Assembly: GCA_019828565.1 (NCBI GenBank)
Contig: JAHDYR010000066.1
Coordinates: 496,001 to 560,000 of the forward strand
Direction of reading: 5' to 3'
From: Carpediemonas membranifera BICM
Lineage: Eukaryota > Protista > Fornicata
DNA: 64,000 bases
Part shown: one piece after another, positions 21,045 to 31,600 of the stretch
How positions within the stretch are numbered: the stretch's first letter is position 1
How the letters are laid out: every line of letters begins with the position of its first letter
The notes under the pieces: generated by a model
The model's database searches: none
Told to the model about the DNA's origin: nothing
Seen by the model: only the letters and a program-made list of their open reading frames with translations
Translations under genes and position numbers: made by a program

Positions 21045-21322
21045 AGCAATTCCGGAGTTCCTTCGTCCGTTACACCAGCAGAATGAGCTTTAAATAGACC
21101 TGCTCCGTCACTGTGAAGCAGTTTTCGAGTTTTCGAGGACTTACTATCCTTCCGTCGAGGCTTCGCATGTGATGGTGTGGTGATTGAGCGGAGGCCTTCT
21201 GCCGCTGTCTGGCCCTTTGGGAGGAGCTGTGCCCCGGATTTCTCTCAACATTCTTCCTATCCAAAGCGCTCTTGGCTAGATTGGGCGAATCGCAGGTTAG
21301 CCGATGTGTGACAACAGCAAAG

Positions 21323-22075
21323 ATGCACTCAGGCGATATACTCGAACCAAAGATTCAGAGCCTTGAAGGCTTTGGACAAATATACACCTTCGACACTATC
21401 GATTCGACGCAGATCTTCACTCGTCAGTACGCTGCCGAGCTGCCGAGCCCGTGCGCGGTGACCGCGCGCCAACAGACCAGAGGGCATGGAAGGAAGAACC
21501 GTGCTTGGCGTTCGCCATTGGGATGTCTTTGCTTCAGCCAGCTGGCGACAGTAACGCCCCAGGTGAAGGACGTTCTCTTCTGCCTCTCGCCCATGATCTG
21601 CGTCTCCATCGTGAAGTACCTGCGTACACTTCCCAACAGCTGCGATATCTCTGTGAAATGGCCGAACGACATCTACGTCAACCGGCAGAAGCTCTGCGGC
21701 CTCCTCGCGGACGCCATCTCCTGCGGCAACGAGGTCATGGTCGTCGTTGGCGTCGGCATCAACGTGTCCAATCGCGACGACCCACCCGGGTCTGCGTGCC
21801 TGGAGTCGGTCCTGGGCACGAAGATCAACATGGCCGAGCTCCTGGCCACCCTCGTCAAGCTCATCGACGACCTCCTCCGTGCCCCGATGAGCGTCGAGGA
21901 CCTTGTCGCGCAGAATTCCGACCTGATGTGCGAGTCTTTCTTTACTCTGCCCAACGACGAGACGATGTACCGCGTCGTGAAGCTCACACGGGACGGCGGT
22001 GTCGTTACACAGGTCGGTCAGGTCGGCAGAGATAAGCTGCACGACGCAGAGTGGCATTTTGACGATGATACGTAG
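21323..22075 (+). CDS. Biotin-protein ligase (BirA/BPL catalytic domain)
   Basis: IDSTQ, QTRGHGRKNRAWRSP, KWPNDIY, KLCGLL and VGVGINV motifs. Confidence 0.93.
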   Translation: MHSGDILEPKIQSLEGFGQIYTFDTIDSTQIFTRQYAAELPSPCAVTARQQTRGHGRKNRAWRSPLGCLCFSQLATVTPQVKDVLFCLSPMICVSIVKYLRTLPNSCDISVKWPNDIYVNRQKLCGLLADAISCGNEVMVVVGVGINVSNRDDPPGSACLESVLGTKINMAELLATLVKLIDDLLRAPMSVEDLVAQNSDLMCESFFTLPNDETMYRVVKLTRDGGVVTQVGQVGRDKLHDAEWHFDDDT

Positions 22076-22301
22076 AAAACTAGCCCCCTTTAAGGGGTAA
22101 ATTTCGTAGTTTACGTTTTATGACTGGGTTGGCATTTGTTCCCGACAAACCGGTTGCCCGTCAGGACAAGTAGTAAAGTAAACCCAATGACACGGTGCGG
22201 GTTCTGGGTACATGCAGCGTGCTTGGGGACTCACTTAGGCCCCGCGTTGTCATAGTGGTCTTGGCGCGAGTAAAAACTGTCCAGTGCGCAACATCATATC
22301 A

Positions 22302-23924
22302 ATGTCCTCCCCGATCGTACGAGTGGCATGGGAGCTCAGCGATATGAATGGAACACGGGACAGTGAGCAGATCTATGCGAAGCTGCGTTCCCTGCACCAG
22401 TTTCTGTCGTCGGGAGAGGAAATCTCGAATAGAGCGCAGCCAACATCGCTATCACGGAGCTCTACAACACCTCACCGTCTGCAGAGAGAGGCTGTCTCTG
22501 ACATGCCTTCGCATTTCTCGTCGACGCTCTCGCTGTCGTCGTTGGCAGGCGACGTTCCCTCCTCGCCCCTCCCCTTCACCCAGAACGCTGCAAGACGCGT
22601 CGAGGAGAAGGCTGTGCGCCGGTCCAAGCTGATCAACACCGTTCGTGCCTCTGAGCTTCAGGAGTGCACCTTCTCTCCCAAGGTCTCGGCACCCTCAGCC
22701 ATCAATGGCACCACTCTCGTGGACGACCCCGAGGCCGTGTACAAGAGGTCGCAGCAGTGGGAGAAGGACGTGGCACGGCGCCGGGAGAAGACCAAGGAGG
22801 AGCTGACCCACAAGGAAATGGAGGAGTGCCACTTCCAGCCCCGCATCAGCGCCAGGCCCAGGAACGTGTCCGCCAGGAGGGGCCGGCCGGAGGATAGGCT
22901 GGCAGACGCGGCACAGCAGAAGGAGCGGCACTTGGCCCAGTTGAAGCGGGATGCAGCCGCCCAGGAGATGGCCGAGTGCACGTTCCGGCCCCGCACCGTC
23001 GGCACCGCCCACGTTGCCCCGAGGTACATGCAGGGGAAGCGCAAGCCCGCCCAGACCCAACCCGACTTCGACTTCCAGCCGACCCTCACTGCCCGACCCA
23101 GGAGCGTGGGGCGGCGACTCGGGCGGTATCTAGATACACCCGCCCATGAGAGACTGTCGCGGGTCACCGGAGCCGGAGAGGAGCAGGAGGCGATGCTTCC
23201 CGTGTTCTCGCTGAAGTCTCCCCTGGTGGCGCCCCAGCCGACTGTGATCCCCGGATCCGACTTCCTGGCCAAGTCGAAGCTCGCGCCATCCCCAGAGGAG
23301 CCCAAGGGGGAGAAGCCCAAGCCCGTGTCGACGCCGCAGTCCATGGCGCGGTTCCTGGCCAGGCAGGAGCGGACCGTTGCCCAACGGGAGCAGAGCAGAC
23401 AGAAGCTGGAGCAGCTCGCGGAGCCGTCGTTCTGCCCGACAATCAATGCCACGTCGCAGCGGCTTGCCCAGGGCGTCGCCCCCATCCATAAGCGGCCACG
23501 GCGACCGGTGCCGCGAGACGCCGGCCGCGACTTTCCCTTCAAGCCGACGATCAACGAGAAGAGTGCTAAGATGGGACGTGCACGGTCGCCCTCGGAGATG
23601 GTCACGGACGGCGAGCGGCGTCTTGTCGATGTGAGGCGGCTCGCCACGCTGCTGGACAGGAAGACACAGATCGACTGCACATTCGCGCCGACGATCTGCG
23701 CCACGGCCCAAAACTCGAGGGGCCGTCTGGGGGTGGACCTGGACACGCAGGAGTACATCGCCGACCTGCGGGCACGGTCGCAGGCCAAGGAGCGCAGGGC
23801 GGAGATCGCACGGTTACGGCGGGAAGCAGACGAGACGGCCGGCTGCACATTCAAGCCTGTGGTGCGGGATGTGCCGTCGTTCATCAAGGCGATCACCGAG
23901 AAGCGGAAGCACCTGGTGCTGTGA
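22302..23924 (+). CDS. Basic protein with repeated ECTFxP motifs (probable cytoskeletal/ciliary)
   Basis: Motifs ECTFSP, ECHFQP, ECTFRP, FDFQP, SFCP, FPFKP, DCTFAP and GCTFKP separated by charged helices. Confidence 0.7.
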   Translation: MSSPIVRVAWELSDMNGTRDSEQIYAKLRSLHQFLSSGEEISNRAQPTSLSRSSTTPHRLQREAVSDMPSHFSSTLSLSSLAGDVPSSPLPFTQNAARRVEEKAVRRSKLINTVRASELQECTFSPKVSAPSAINGTTLVDDPEAVYKRSQQWEKDVARRREKTKEELTHKEMEECHFQPRISARPRNVSARRGRPEDRLADAAQQKERHLAQLKRDAAAQEMAECTFRPRTVGTAHVAPRYMQGKRKPAQTQPDFDFQPTLTARPRSVGRRLGRYLDTPAHERLSRVTGAGEEQEAMLPVFSLKSPLVAPQPTVIPGSDFLAKSKLAPSPEEPKGEKPKPVSTPQSMARFLARQERTVAQREQSRQKLEQLAEPSFCPTINATSQRLAQGVAPIHKRPRRPVPRDAGRDFPFKPTINEKSAKMGRARSPSEMVTDGERRLVDVRRLATLLDRKTQIDCTFAPTICATAQNSRGRLGVDLDTQEYIADLRARSQAKERRAEIARLRREADETAGCTFKPVVRDVPSFIKAITEKRKHLVL

Positions 23925-24277
23925 GCTGTACGATAGGCTGTACATACTGGCAATTGTGCGATTTTAAAGCAACCTCTCTTGCTGATGCTGGGCTGAGCTC
24001 AGTCACCTCACTGGTGAAGCGATCAGTCACACTGCCGCAACCTCGCAGCCCTTGGCCCAAGCAGGGACACCAGGGCGTGCTCCAGTGTCGGCTGGCTGAT
24101 CCAGTTGTTCCATTTTTTCCTGAGATCAATCCAGACATTGACAACTGAATTTTTGTGTCGATCTTATGCGTATGACTGGCGTACCCTTGCATGGCCCATT
24201 GCTGTTTGTCAATGACATTCGTGTCAGAAGCTGGTGACACCAACTTAAATTATTTTTCGCTAAATTTTTCCAGAACC

Positions 24278-25672
24278 ATGGTCAGCGCCGTCCTCGCTGC
24301 TCTGAAGCCTTTTATCAGCCTTCTACCGGAAATTCCTACGCCTAAGAAGGCCATTCTCTTCCGCGAGAAGGTTTTCTGGACCTGCGTTGTCCTTACCCTT
24401 TTCCTAATCCTCTCGCAGGTGCCCCTTTACGGTATTCAGATTGCTGCTGGCACTGATCCCCTCTATTGGCTTCGTGTTATGCTTGCCTCCAACCGCGGTA
24501 CCCTCATGGAGCTTGGTCTTGGCCCCGCCATCACCTCTGGCCTCATCCTCCAGCTCCTCAACGGCGCTGGCATCCTGACCTACGACCAGAACAACAAGGA
24601 GGAGCGCGCTCTTTTCCAGGGCGCCCAGAAGCTCATCGGCTTCCTCATGACCCTCTTCCAGGCCTGCGCCTACACCCTCGGTGGCATGTACGGCCCCGTC
24701 GCCACCATCGGCGTCCCCACCGCCGTCCTCATCATTGCCCAGCTCACCATCACTGGCGTCATCGTCAACCTCCTCGACGAGATGCTTACCAAGGGCTACG
24801 GCATGGGCTCTGGCTCCTCCCTCTTCATCGCCTGCAACGTCTGCGAGTCCATCGTTTGGAAGTCCTTCTCCATCACTACCATCGACATTGGCCGCGGCAT
24901 TGAGTTCGAGGGCGCCGTCATCGCCTTCTTCCACTATCTTATCACCCGCCCCAACAAGCTCGAGGCCCTCCGCATCGCCATGTTCAGGTCTAACCTCCCG
25001 AACATGATGAACCTCATTGCCACCGTCGCCATCTTCGCCGTTGTCATCTACCTCCAGGGCTTCCGCGTTGAGCTCCGCTTCAACCACCGCCGCGCCCGCA
25101 ACATGACGGTTGCCTACCCCATCAAGCTCTTCTACACGTCGAACGTCCCCGTCATGCTCCAGTCCGCCGTCATCTCGAACGTATTCATGTTCTCCCAGTT
25201 CCTGTTCAAGCGCTTCGGCTCGAACGTGTTCGTCCGCCTCGTCGGCGCCTGGAACGAGACCGAGCAGGGCCAGCTCTACCCCTCCGGCGGCCTGATCTAC
25301 TTCCTCTCCCCTCCCGCCTCGATGTACGCCGCCGTGCTCTCGCCCCTCCGCACCCTCGTCTACATCGTCTTCATGATCGCCACGTGCGGCCTCTTCTCCC
25401 GCCTCTGGATCGACTTCAGCGGCGGCTCTGCCCGTGAGGTCTCTGAGAACCTCAAGCGCGAGGGTCTGATGCTCGCTGGCCACCGTGACGACTCTATGGT
25501 TCGCGTGCTCAACCGCTACATCCCCGTCGCCGCTGTTGCTGGTGGTGTGATCGTCGGCGCGTTGACTGTCGCTGCGGATCTGATGGGCGCGATCGGGTCC
25601 GGCACCGGTATCCTGCTGGCCTCGACGACCATCTACTCCTTCATGGAGCAGTTCGCCAAGGAGTCCCTGTGA
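24278..25672 (+). CDS. SEC61: Protein transport protein Sec61 alpha
   Basis: LPEI...FREKVFWT, LASNRGTLMELG, LFQGAQKL, YPIKLFYTSN and GAIGSGTGILLA. Confidence 0.98.
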   Translation: MVSAVLAALKPFISLLPEIPTPKKAILFREKVFWTCVVLTLFLILSQVPLYGIQIAAGTDPLYWLRVMLASNRGTLMELGLGPAITSGLILQLLNGAGILTYDQNNKEERALFQGAQKLIGFLMTLFQACAYTLGGMYGPVATIGVPTAVLIIAQLTITGVIVNLLDEMLTKGYGMGSGSSLFIACNVCESIVWKSFSITTIDIGRGIEFEGAVIAFFHYLITRPNKLEALRIAMFRSNLPNMMNLIATVAIFAVVIYLQGFRVELRFNHRRARNMTVAYPIKLFYTSNVPVMLQSAVISNVFMFSQFLFKRFGSNVFVRLVGAWNETEQGQLYPSGGLIYFLSPPASMYAAVLSPLRTLVYIVFMIATCGLFSRLWIDFSGGSAREVSENLKREGLMLAGHRDDSMVRVLNRYIPVAAVAGGVIVGALTVAADLMGAIGSGTGILLASTTIYSFMEQFAKESL

Positions 25673-25779
25673 GCTGGTAAATACTAACTAGGTGCTGTGT
25701 AGTGAGATTTACGTTACATTGCTGCTAAGCCGACACCTTGCAAGGGCGCAGTTTTGGATCGCCGCAGTCGTTCAGCTCA

Positions 25780-26883
25780 ATGAAATCCGATCACCAGACG
25801 CTCATTCAAATAGCAATTCCCGCAGAAACGTACCCCAGGTCTTGTGTTCAGACCTTCGAGGACGCCGCTTCATCCGCACTGGTCGTGGAAAACCCGTTTC
25901 CAATGCTTCCCCTCGGAACGATCGATTCCCTGATGGCCATCAACGATCAACTGCGCACTACCATGGCAACATCTGAGGGCATTGTCCGCAGCGTCATCGG
26001 GGCAGCCATGGAGATCCTCGAGAGGGCTCAGCAGCACTCGAACGTCTCACCCAGCGCATACGTCGGCGAGCTCGTCACCAAGATCGTCAGGGAGTTCACA
26101 TGGGACGAAGCCAAGTTCCCGACGCGCTTTTCGATGGACCGCATTGTCGCGATGGTGACCCAGCGACTGAGCACCATTGACGCTGATGTGTCGTCGGTGA
26201 TGAAGAGGTTTGCCCAGGCATTTGCAGAGTCGGCCCAGGTGCAGAAGGAGACCCATGGCTCGCTGCAGGTACAGGCCGTCGACAACCACATCGCGACGGC
26301 CCAGATCGTGTCGACTGACTGGCTGACCACCCGAGTCGTCGCCGTACCGAGGGGGCTGGTTTCCGAGTGGAAGAAGACGTATGAGACGATGGCGGAGTAC
26401 GTCGTGCCCCGGTCGGACCTGTGCCTGGCCAAGGACAAGGAGTACGAGCTCCACCGGGTCGTCCTCTTCACAAAGTCCGTCGACGACTTCACCAGGGCCA
26501 TCCGGGAGTACAAGTTCATCATGCGGTCCTGGACGCCCGAGACTGCCATGAGTGCGGGGGGACCGGAGGCACGGCTGGCAGCGACACTCGATATCGCCGA
26601 AGACATCCACGCGGAGGCCGCGGAGCTGATGCCCGGCTGGATCGAGGAGGCAATCACCGCGGCTATCCATCTGGCGACGCTGGCGGCGTTTGTGGAGGGC
26701 GTCCTGCGCCACGGGACGCCGCCCATCTTCATCGGGATCCTCGCGCTGTGCCCGACCAAGAAGGTCACGTCAGTGCTCACTGTGGCGGAGCGCATGTTTG
26801 GGGACAAGAAGAGCGTTTACGATGGCGCCAAAGTCCTCGACGGCCTCTTGTCGTTCGCCGAGGTCCATCATGCCCTCTTTTAA
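25780..26883 (+). CDS. VMA5: V-type ATPase V1 subunit C
   Basis: LGTIDSLM, FTWDEAKFP, GSL, YETMAEYVVPRS, VVLF and FVEGVLRHG.PP. Confidence 0.88.
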   Translation: MKSDHQTLIQIAIPAETYPRSCVQTFEDAASSALVVENPFPMLPLGTIDSLMAINDQLRTTMATSEGIVRSVIGAAMEILERAQQHSNVSPSAYVGELVTKIVREFTWDEAKFPTRFSMDRIVAMVTQRLSTIDADVSSVMKRFAQAFAESAQVQKETHGSLQVQAVDNHIATAQIVSTDWLTTRVVAVPRGLVSEWKKTYETMAEYVVPRSDLCLAKDKEYELHRVVLFTKSVDDFTRAIREYKFIMRSWTPETAMSAGGPEARLAATLDIAEDIHAEAAELMPGWIEEAITAAIHLATLAAFVEGVLRHGTPPIFIGILALCPTKKVTSVLTVAERMFGDKKSVYDGAKVLDGLLSFAEVHHALF

Positions 26884-27073
26884 ATTTTTGTCAGCCCAGC
26901 CCGTTCAGTGCATGAGACCCGCACGGCCATGTCATAATTGGGTCTAATAAGGCCTGGAGTGGTCTGTGGCTGTGTCCCAAGAAGGCACTCGACTGAAGCT
27001 CTTTCAAAGGTGCAGGTTAAGACAGGAAAATTTGGACACCGGTGTGGAACGGCAACCCAGAGCAACCAGTCCA

Positions 27074-28291
27074 ATGCAGAAGGAAATTTTCATTAGTGAA
27101 AGGCCCTCAGTTACCGCACAGGCAGCTGAGCAGCCTATTACAAAAGCCCCAACCGATGAGACAAAGGGTGGTGCTCTGAAAGACGTTATGATCTCTCAAC
27201 GCCCGGAAATATACGCTCCAGCATACAGTCCTAGTGTAGATAGCCGCCCTGGAATACAGGATTCCGGCCGCAACGGGGACATCACACCGCCGCCGTTCTT
27301 CCCCTTGGCTGCTAACAAGGAGTTCGTGGTGATGCCACAGGGTCCGCGGAACCAGGACGCGTTCAAGAAGCTTAGGGAGAACCAGAAGGAGCACAAAGCC
27401 GGGACGATTTTCACACAGCACAAGAAGTTCATCCGCGAGCTGACACAAAGGAAGCAACAGGAGGTCGTTGACGCCGAGAAGAAGAAGCAGAATGACGTCG
27501 AGAAGGCCGAGAAGATCAAGTTCCGGAGTACGAAAGAGCGGACCTCCATCAGGGCTCGGTCGGCCCAGCCCAAGCCCGCCAAGCCGTGGTGGGCCATGAC
27601 CACCGCTGACGCCGGGAAGAAGCTGATGGGGCGAGAGGAGACGGATCTGCTGGACTTTGCGGCGGGGCTTGATTTGGAGGAGTATCTCGACAACGAGGCG
27701 GTGCTGGGTGCACTGGAGACCATCAAGGACGTCATAATGCCGAAGGAGCCAGAGCCCGAACCTGAACCAGTGCCGGAACAGGAAGCCGTCGTAGAGCAGG
27801 AGGAAGCTGTTCTGGACGACACTGAGAACGACCCGCAGCCCGAGCCCGCTCTCGGGGCGACCCAGCGCAGCATGCAGGACACCCGCGCCCCCTCTGCCGT
27901 CCCCGCCCGCCCCCGGTCACGGCCGGCACCCGTACCTGAGCCAGTCATCGAGCAGACGATCTCCCACACGCGTCGCCGCGCCCCCACTGTGTTCGACGAG
28001 GCGGCCCCCGTGGACCTCGTCCGTCGGCTGACCCGGGTCCACAGCGCGGCGTCCATCCGGCGAGTGATGCAGACCGGGTCCGGGGCCATAGTGGATGAGA
28101 CGATGAAGACGGGGAAGGTGGGCGTGCAGGGCGACACGGTGGTGGTGCGGCACGACCCCGCGGATGACCTGCAGTACAGCACGATGGACGTGACTAATAC
28201 TGCGCAGATGAGGCTCATCCAGCGGAGGCAGCGGGCGGCGTTCGAGGACCCCGGGACCCTACCCTACCTGTATAGAAACCCGGCGATCTAG
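27074..28291 (+). CDS. Hypothetical protein
   Basis: Long ORF with host-like codon usage; KPWWAMT, LLDFAAGLDLEEYLDN and C-terminal LPYLYRNPAI look like conserved blocks, family not identified. Confidence 0.7.
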   Translation: MQKEIFISERPSVTAQAAEQPITKAPTDETKGGALKDVMISQRPEIYAPAYSPSVDSRPGIQDSGRNGDITPPPFFPLAANKEFVVMPQGPRNQDAFKKLRENQKEHKAGTIFTQHKKFIRELTQRKQQEVVDAEKKKQNDVEKAEKIKFRSTKERTSIRARSAQPKPAKPWWAMTTADAGKKLMGREETDLLDFAAGLDLEEYLDNEAVLGALETIKDVIMPKEPEPEPEPVPEQEAVVEQEEAVLDDTENDPQPEPALGATQRSMQDTRAPSAVPARPRSRPAPVPEPVIEQTISHTRRRAPTVFDEAAPVDLVRRLTRVHSAASIRRVMQTGSGAIVDETMKTGKVGVQGDTVVVRHDPADDLQYSTMDVTNTAQMRLIQRRQRAAFEDPGTLPYLYRNPAI

Positions 28292-28406
28292 GCAGCGGCA
28301 TCGCCCCGTCACTGTCCATATTACGTAAAGCTGCCGCTGTTACTTCGCGAGGACGGTGGTCTGTCTCTTCTGGCCGGTCCAGCTTGACATGAACATCCGG
28401 CATAGG

Positions 28407-28669
28407 GCTTGTGGCGGAGGCCTGTATATCTCCTACCGACTTTAGACGTGGGTAGTAGGAGACAGGGCAGTGTTGCGCAGGATAAAACACTTTGTTCGAC
28501 CCAACGAGCCTCGATTTATCTCGATCGATTTATGGTCGATTTATGTATGTGCATTATGTATTACGGAACCGGTCCCACCGGTCCAACACTGTCAGCGGCT
28601 CGACCTGGCTTAGAGCCCAGGAGCGGAGCAGCGAGATAACGTTCGCGAAACGGGCCTTATCCTGCACAA
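28407..28669 (-). mobile_element. Non-autonomous relic A of the Fanzor-like element (5' end only)
   Basis: TCTCCTACCGACTTTAGACGTG...GAGACAGGGCAGTGTTGCGCAG..AAACAC.TTGTTCGACCC (28429-28502) matches 4371-4445; CCTTATCCTGC at 28655-28665. Confidence 0.8.
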
Positions 28670-28694
28670 TCTCTAGAAATCACTGCTCAGTTTC

Positions 28695-31600
28695 ATGGGA
28701 TACGCGTCAATTGCGAAGACGCGAACAATACTCAAGAACCGAGCAGATGCGAGAAAGCCCGACGAGAAGGGATTAAGTCGCCTTTCAGACGTCTACAAGT
28801 CTGCAGAGCACAGACATCTGTTTCAGAAGGACAAGATCACATGCGTGGAGAAGATGGTACGAAGAATTGATATGCTGGACGCAAAATACAAGGATATTAC
28901 CACGCTTTACCTGTCGAACAACCAGATCCGCAGTCTGACCGGCGTGGAGCAGTTCCTCCGCCTTGAAACCCTCTCCCTTGCAAACAACCGGATCGCTGAT
29001 CTCAACGAGCTCAGGAACCTCTCTTCTGTGCCATATCTCCGCAATCTGAACCTCGAGGGCAACCCGGTCGCGAGCCAGCCGCACTACCGCTCTCAGGCCA
29101 TCGCCCACTGCTCAACGAGGCTGGCCGTGCTCGACGGGAAGCAGGTCACGGACGCTGAGAGGAAGACAGCCGACGCCGTGGTCCGTAACGAGGCGTCGCT
29201 GTTCCGGCTGATGCTATCGAACCAGCTGCTCATCGACAGGCTCCACAGGGCCGTCGAGAAGATCGCCATGCACCGCCAGCTCGTCGCCGAGTTCAAGGTG
29301 CCCGGCAAGCCGCTCGTTATGACTGAACTGGAGCCCAAGCGCATCATTGAGCTGGCGCAGGCGGATCTGCAAGGGTCCGACGACTCCCTCAGGGACAGGG
29401 TCCGGAACGACATGCGGGCCCGGGCCGTGGAGGTCTGGCGGAAGAAGTACCCAAACGGGCTCGGCACCCGTAAGCGGCCGACGCTGACCGAGAGCTGGGA
29501 TCTGGCGTACAACGAGGTCATGACGCTCCAGCAGAAGGAGATGTCAGACCTGCTGGCTGAGCTCGACGGCGCCAAGGACGATATCCAGGTGTTCAACGCC
29601 AAGAATGAGGCCCGCGTTACCTCCCCAGACGGGCCCGAGGCCAAGCACCGCATGGAACGGGAGGCGCTCATCGGCGAGTACCAGAGCTCGGTCAAGAACC
29701 TGCAGCAGACGATCAGAGGGAGCAGGGTCGCCCCCCACGCCGCCCGGTCCCAGCCGGTGTCCCCCAAGCCGACGCCCCCGGTCCAGCGGGCCTGGTCTGC
29801 GGACGTCCGCACGGCGAGGGAGCCGGGGCAGGATCTGGGCAAGACGGTGCCCCCCTCCCGGCTGCGGTCGCTGCTGTCCCACGTGGATGTCCTGCCCGAC
29901 GAGTCGGACGCCCCGACCGCGTCGTCGACCACACTCACCCAGACGAGGGAGGTTGAGGTTCCCAACTCCCCCGCGACCCGCATCCCCCAGCCCCGGAGCC
30001 GGCCACGAGGTCCTGAGAACTCGGCCCCCAACCAGACGAACCAGACGGCACCTGCCGACACCGAGGAGGAGCTTGGCATGCTGCACGAGGCACTTGAGGC
30101 CGCGGCCCGGTACCAGGAGGAGCTCGAGACACGTCTGGAGGCCGCGTTCGGCGAGAGAGACAGCTTGAGGGTGGAGCTGGACGGTATCACGAGACAGCGC
30201 GGGTCGACTGCGCACCATCTCTCGGCCGTGCAGCAGGCCTGCGCGGACAAGGAGGCAGAGCTCGCGGGCATGCGGGCCGAGCTCATCCAGCTGAGGCAGA
30301 CGGCTGAGGCGGCGACGGCAGCGCTGGGGGAGGTCACGGACGATCGCGACTACCACCAGATGAAGGCCACCCGCTTCTGCTCGGAGCTGACGGAGATGGT
30401 CGACATGCGGCAGAAGGAGCAGCGCGCCGACGACCACGCCGCGGTCCTCGCCCTCCGCCACACTCTAGCGCGGTGGCGCCAACTCCCCGCCGTCTCGCTG
30501 CGGGCGGCCGCGGTGCGGTCGATGGCGGAAGAGAGGGCACACAGTATCGCCTTGGCCGCCGTGGGCGATGCCTTCGATGCCTGGCGCATCCTTCCCGCCC
30601 TAGCCCAGCACCACCGCGCCATGGCCACACAGGCCGAGCAGTTTCACCGGTATAGGATCTGCCGGGCAGCCCTCAGCTGTCTCAGGACACGTGCCGCTGA
30701 GGCTGAAGCAGAGGAGGAGGCTAGGCTGGCCGAGGCTGACGGCATCCGAATGGGCGTGGTGGCGGCCGGTTGTCTGCAGCGCTGGGCCAAATTCGTCGAG
30801 CTGAGAAGGATCAAGCGGCGCAACGAGAGACGCGCCTGCAAGTTCGAGCGTATCAGCACCACGGCGCGGGCCTTCGACACCTGGGACAAGGCCGCCGCTA
30901 AGGTCCAGCGCTGCCGCGCCATCGAGCAGACCGCCGTGGCCGCCCGCAACACAGACACGATGCGAGCGAGCCTCGACCTGTGGCGGGCCTACGCCGCCGC
31001 CCGGGCCCAGAAGAATGCGATGACCGCGCGTGCCCGGGATGTCCGGGCGGGCGTCCTCCTCGCCACGGCGCTGGGGGCCTGGCACATGCACCACGGGACG
31101 TACCAGGAGGCCGCCGCCAGGGCCCGGGACCACACGCAGGTCGAGGCCCGGACGGTGCTGCGGACATGGCGCGTGGCCGTCGAGACGCACAGGGCTGCTC
31201 GAGTGCAGACCAACGCCGCGGCTGTCACGTTCTGTAGACTCGAGCGAGCACAGGCCCGCGAGGCTCTGCATGCCTGGCGGTCCTGGGCCTGCACCCAGCG
31301 CCGCAACCGCGTTGCCGTTGCCAACATCGAGGCCAGGAGGACTGGTCGGGCTGTCCGGGAGGCCATGTCGCAGTGGAAGACGGGCCATCTGCGGGTGCTG
31401 TCGGGGCAGATGGCGTCTGTACGGGAGCGGACCGCGGCCCTGGCCGGCCAGATCGAGGTGACGGAGGCTAGATACGCGGACATCGAGATCGAGAACCTCC
31501 GTCTGATCGATCGGCTGCACGAGCTCAACTCCGAGGTGGCCGGGCTGCGGGCCGACCAAGACGCCGTGACCCGGGCCCGCGAGGACCAGGCCAAGGACCT

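Noticed and set aside
24140-24160. Sm-site-like AATTTTTG suggesting an snRNA
   Set aside because: No U1/U2/U4/U5 signature nearby; similar T-tracts occur in other AT-rich gene flanks.
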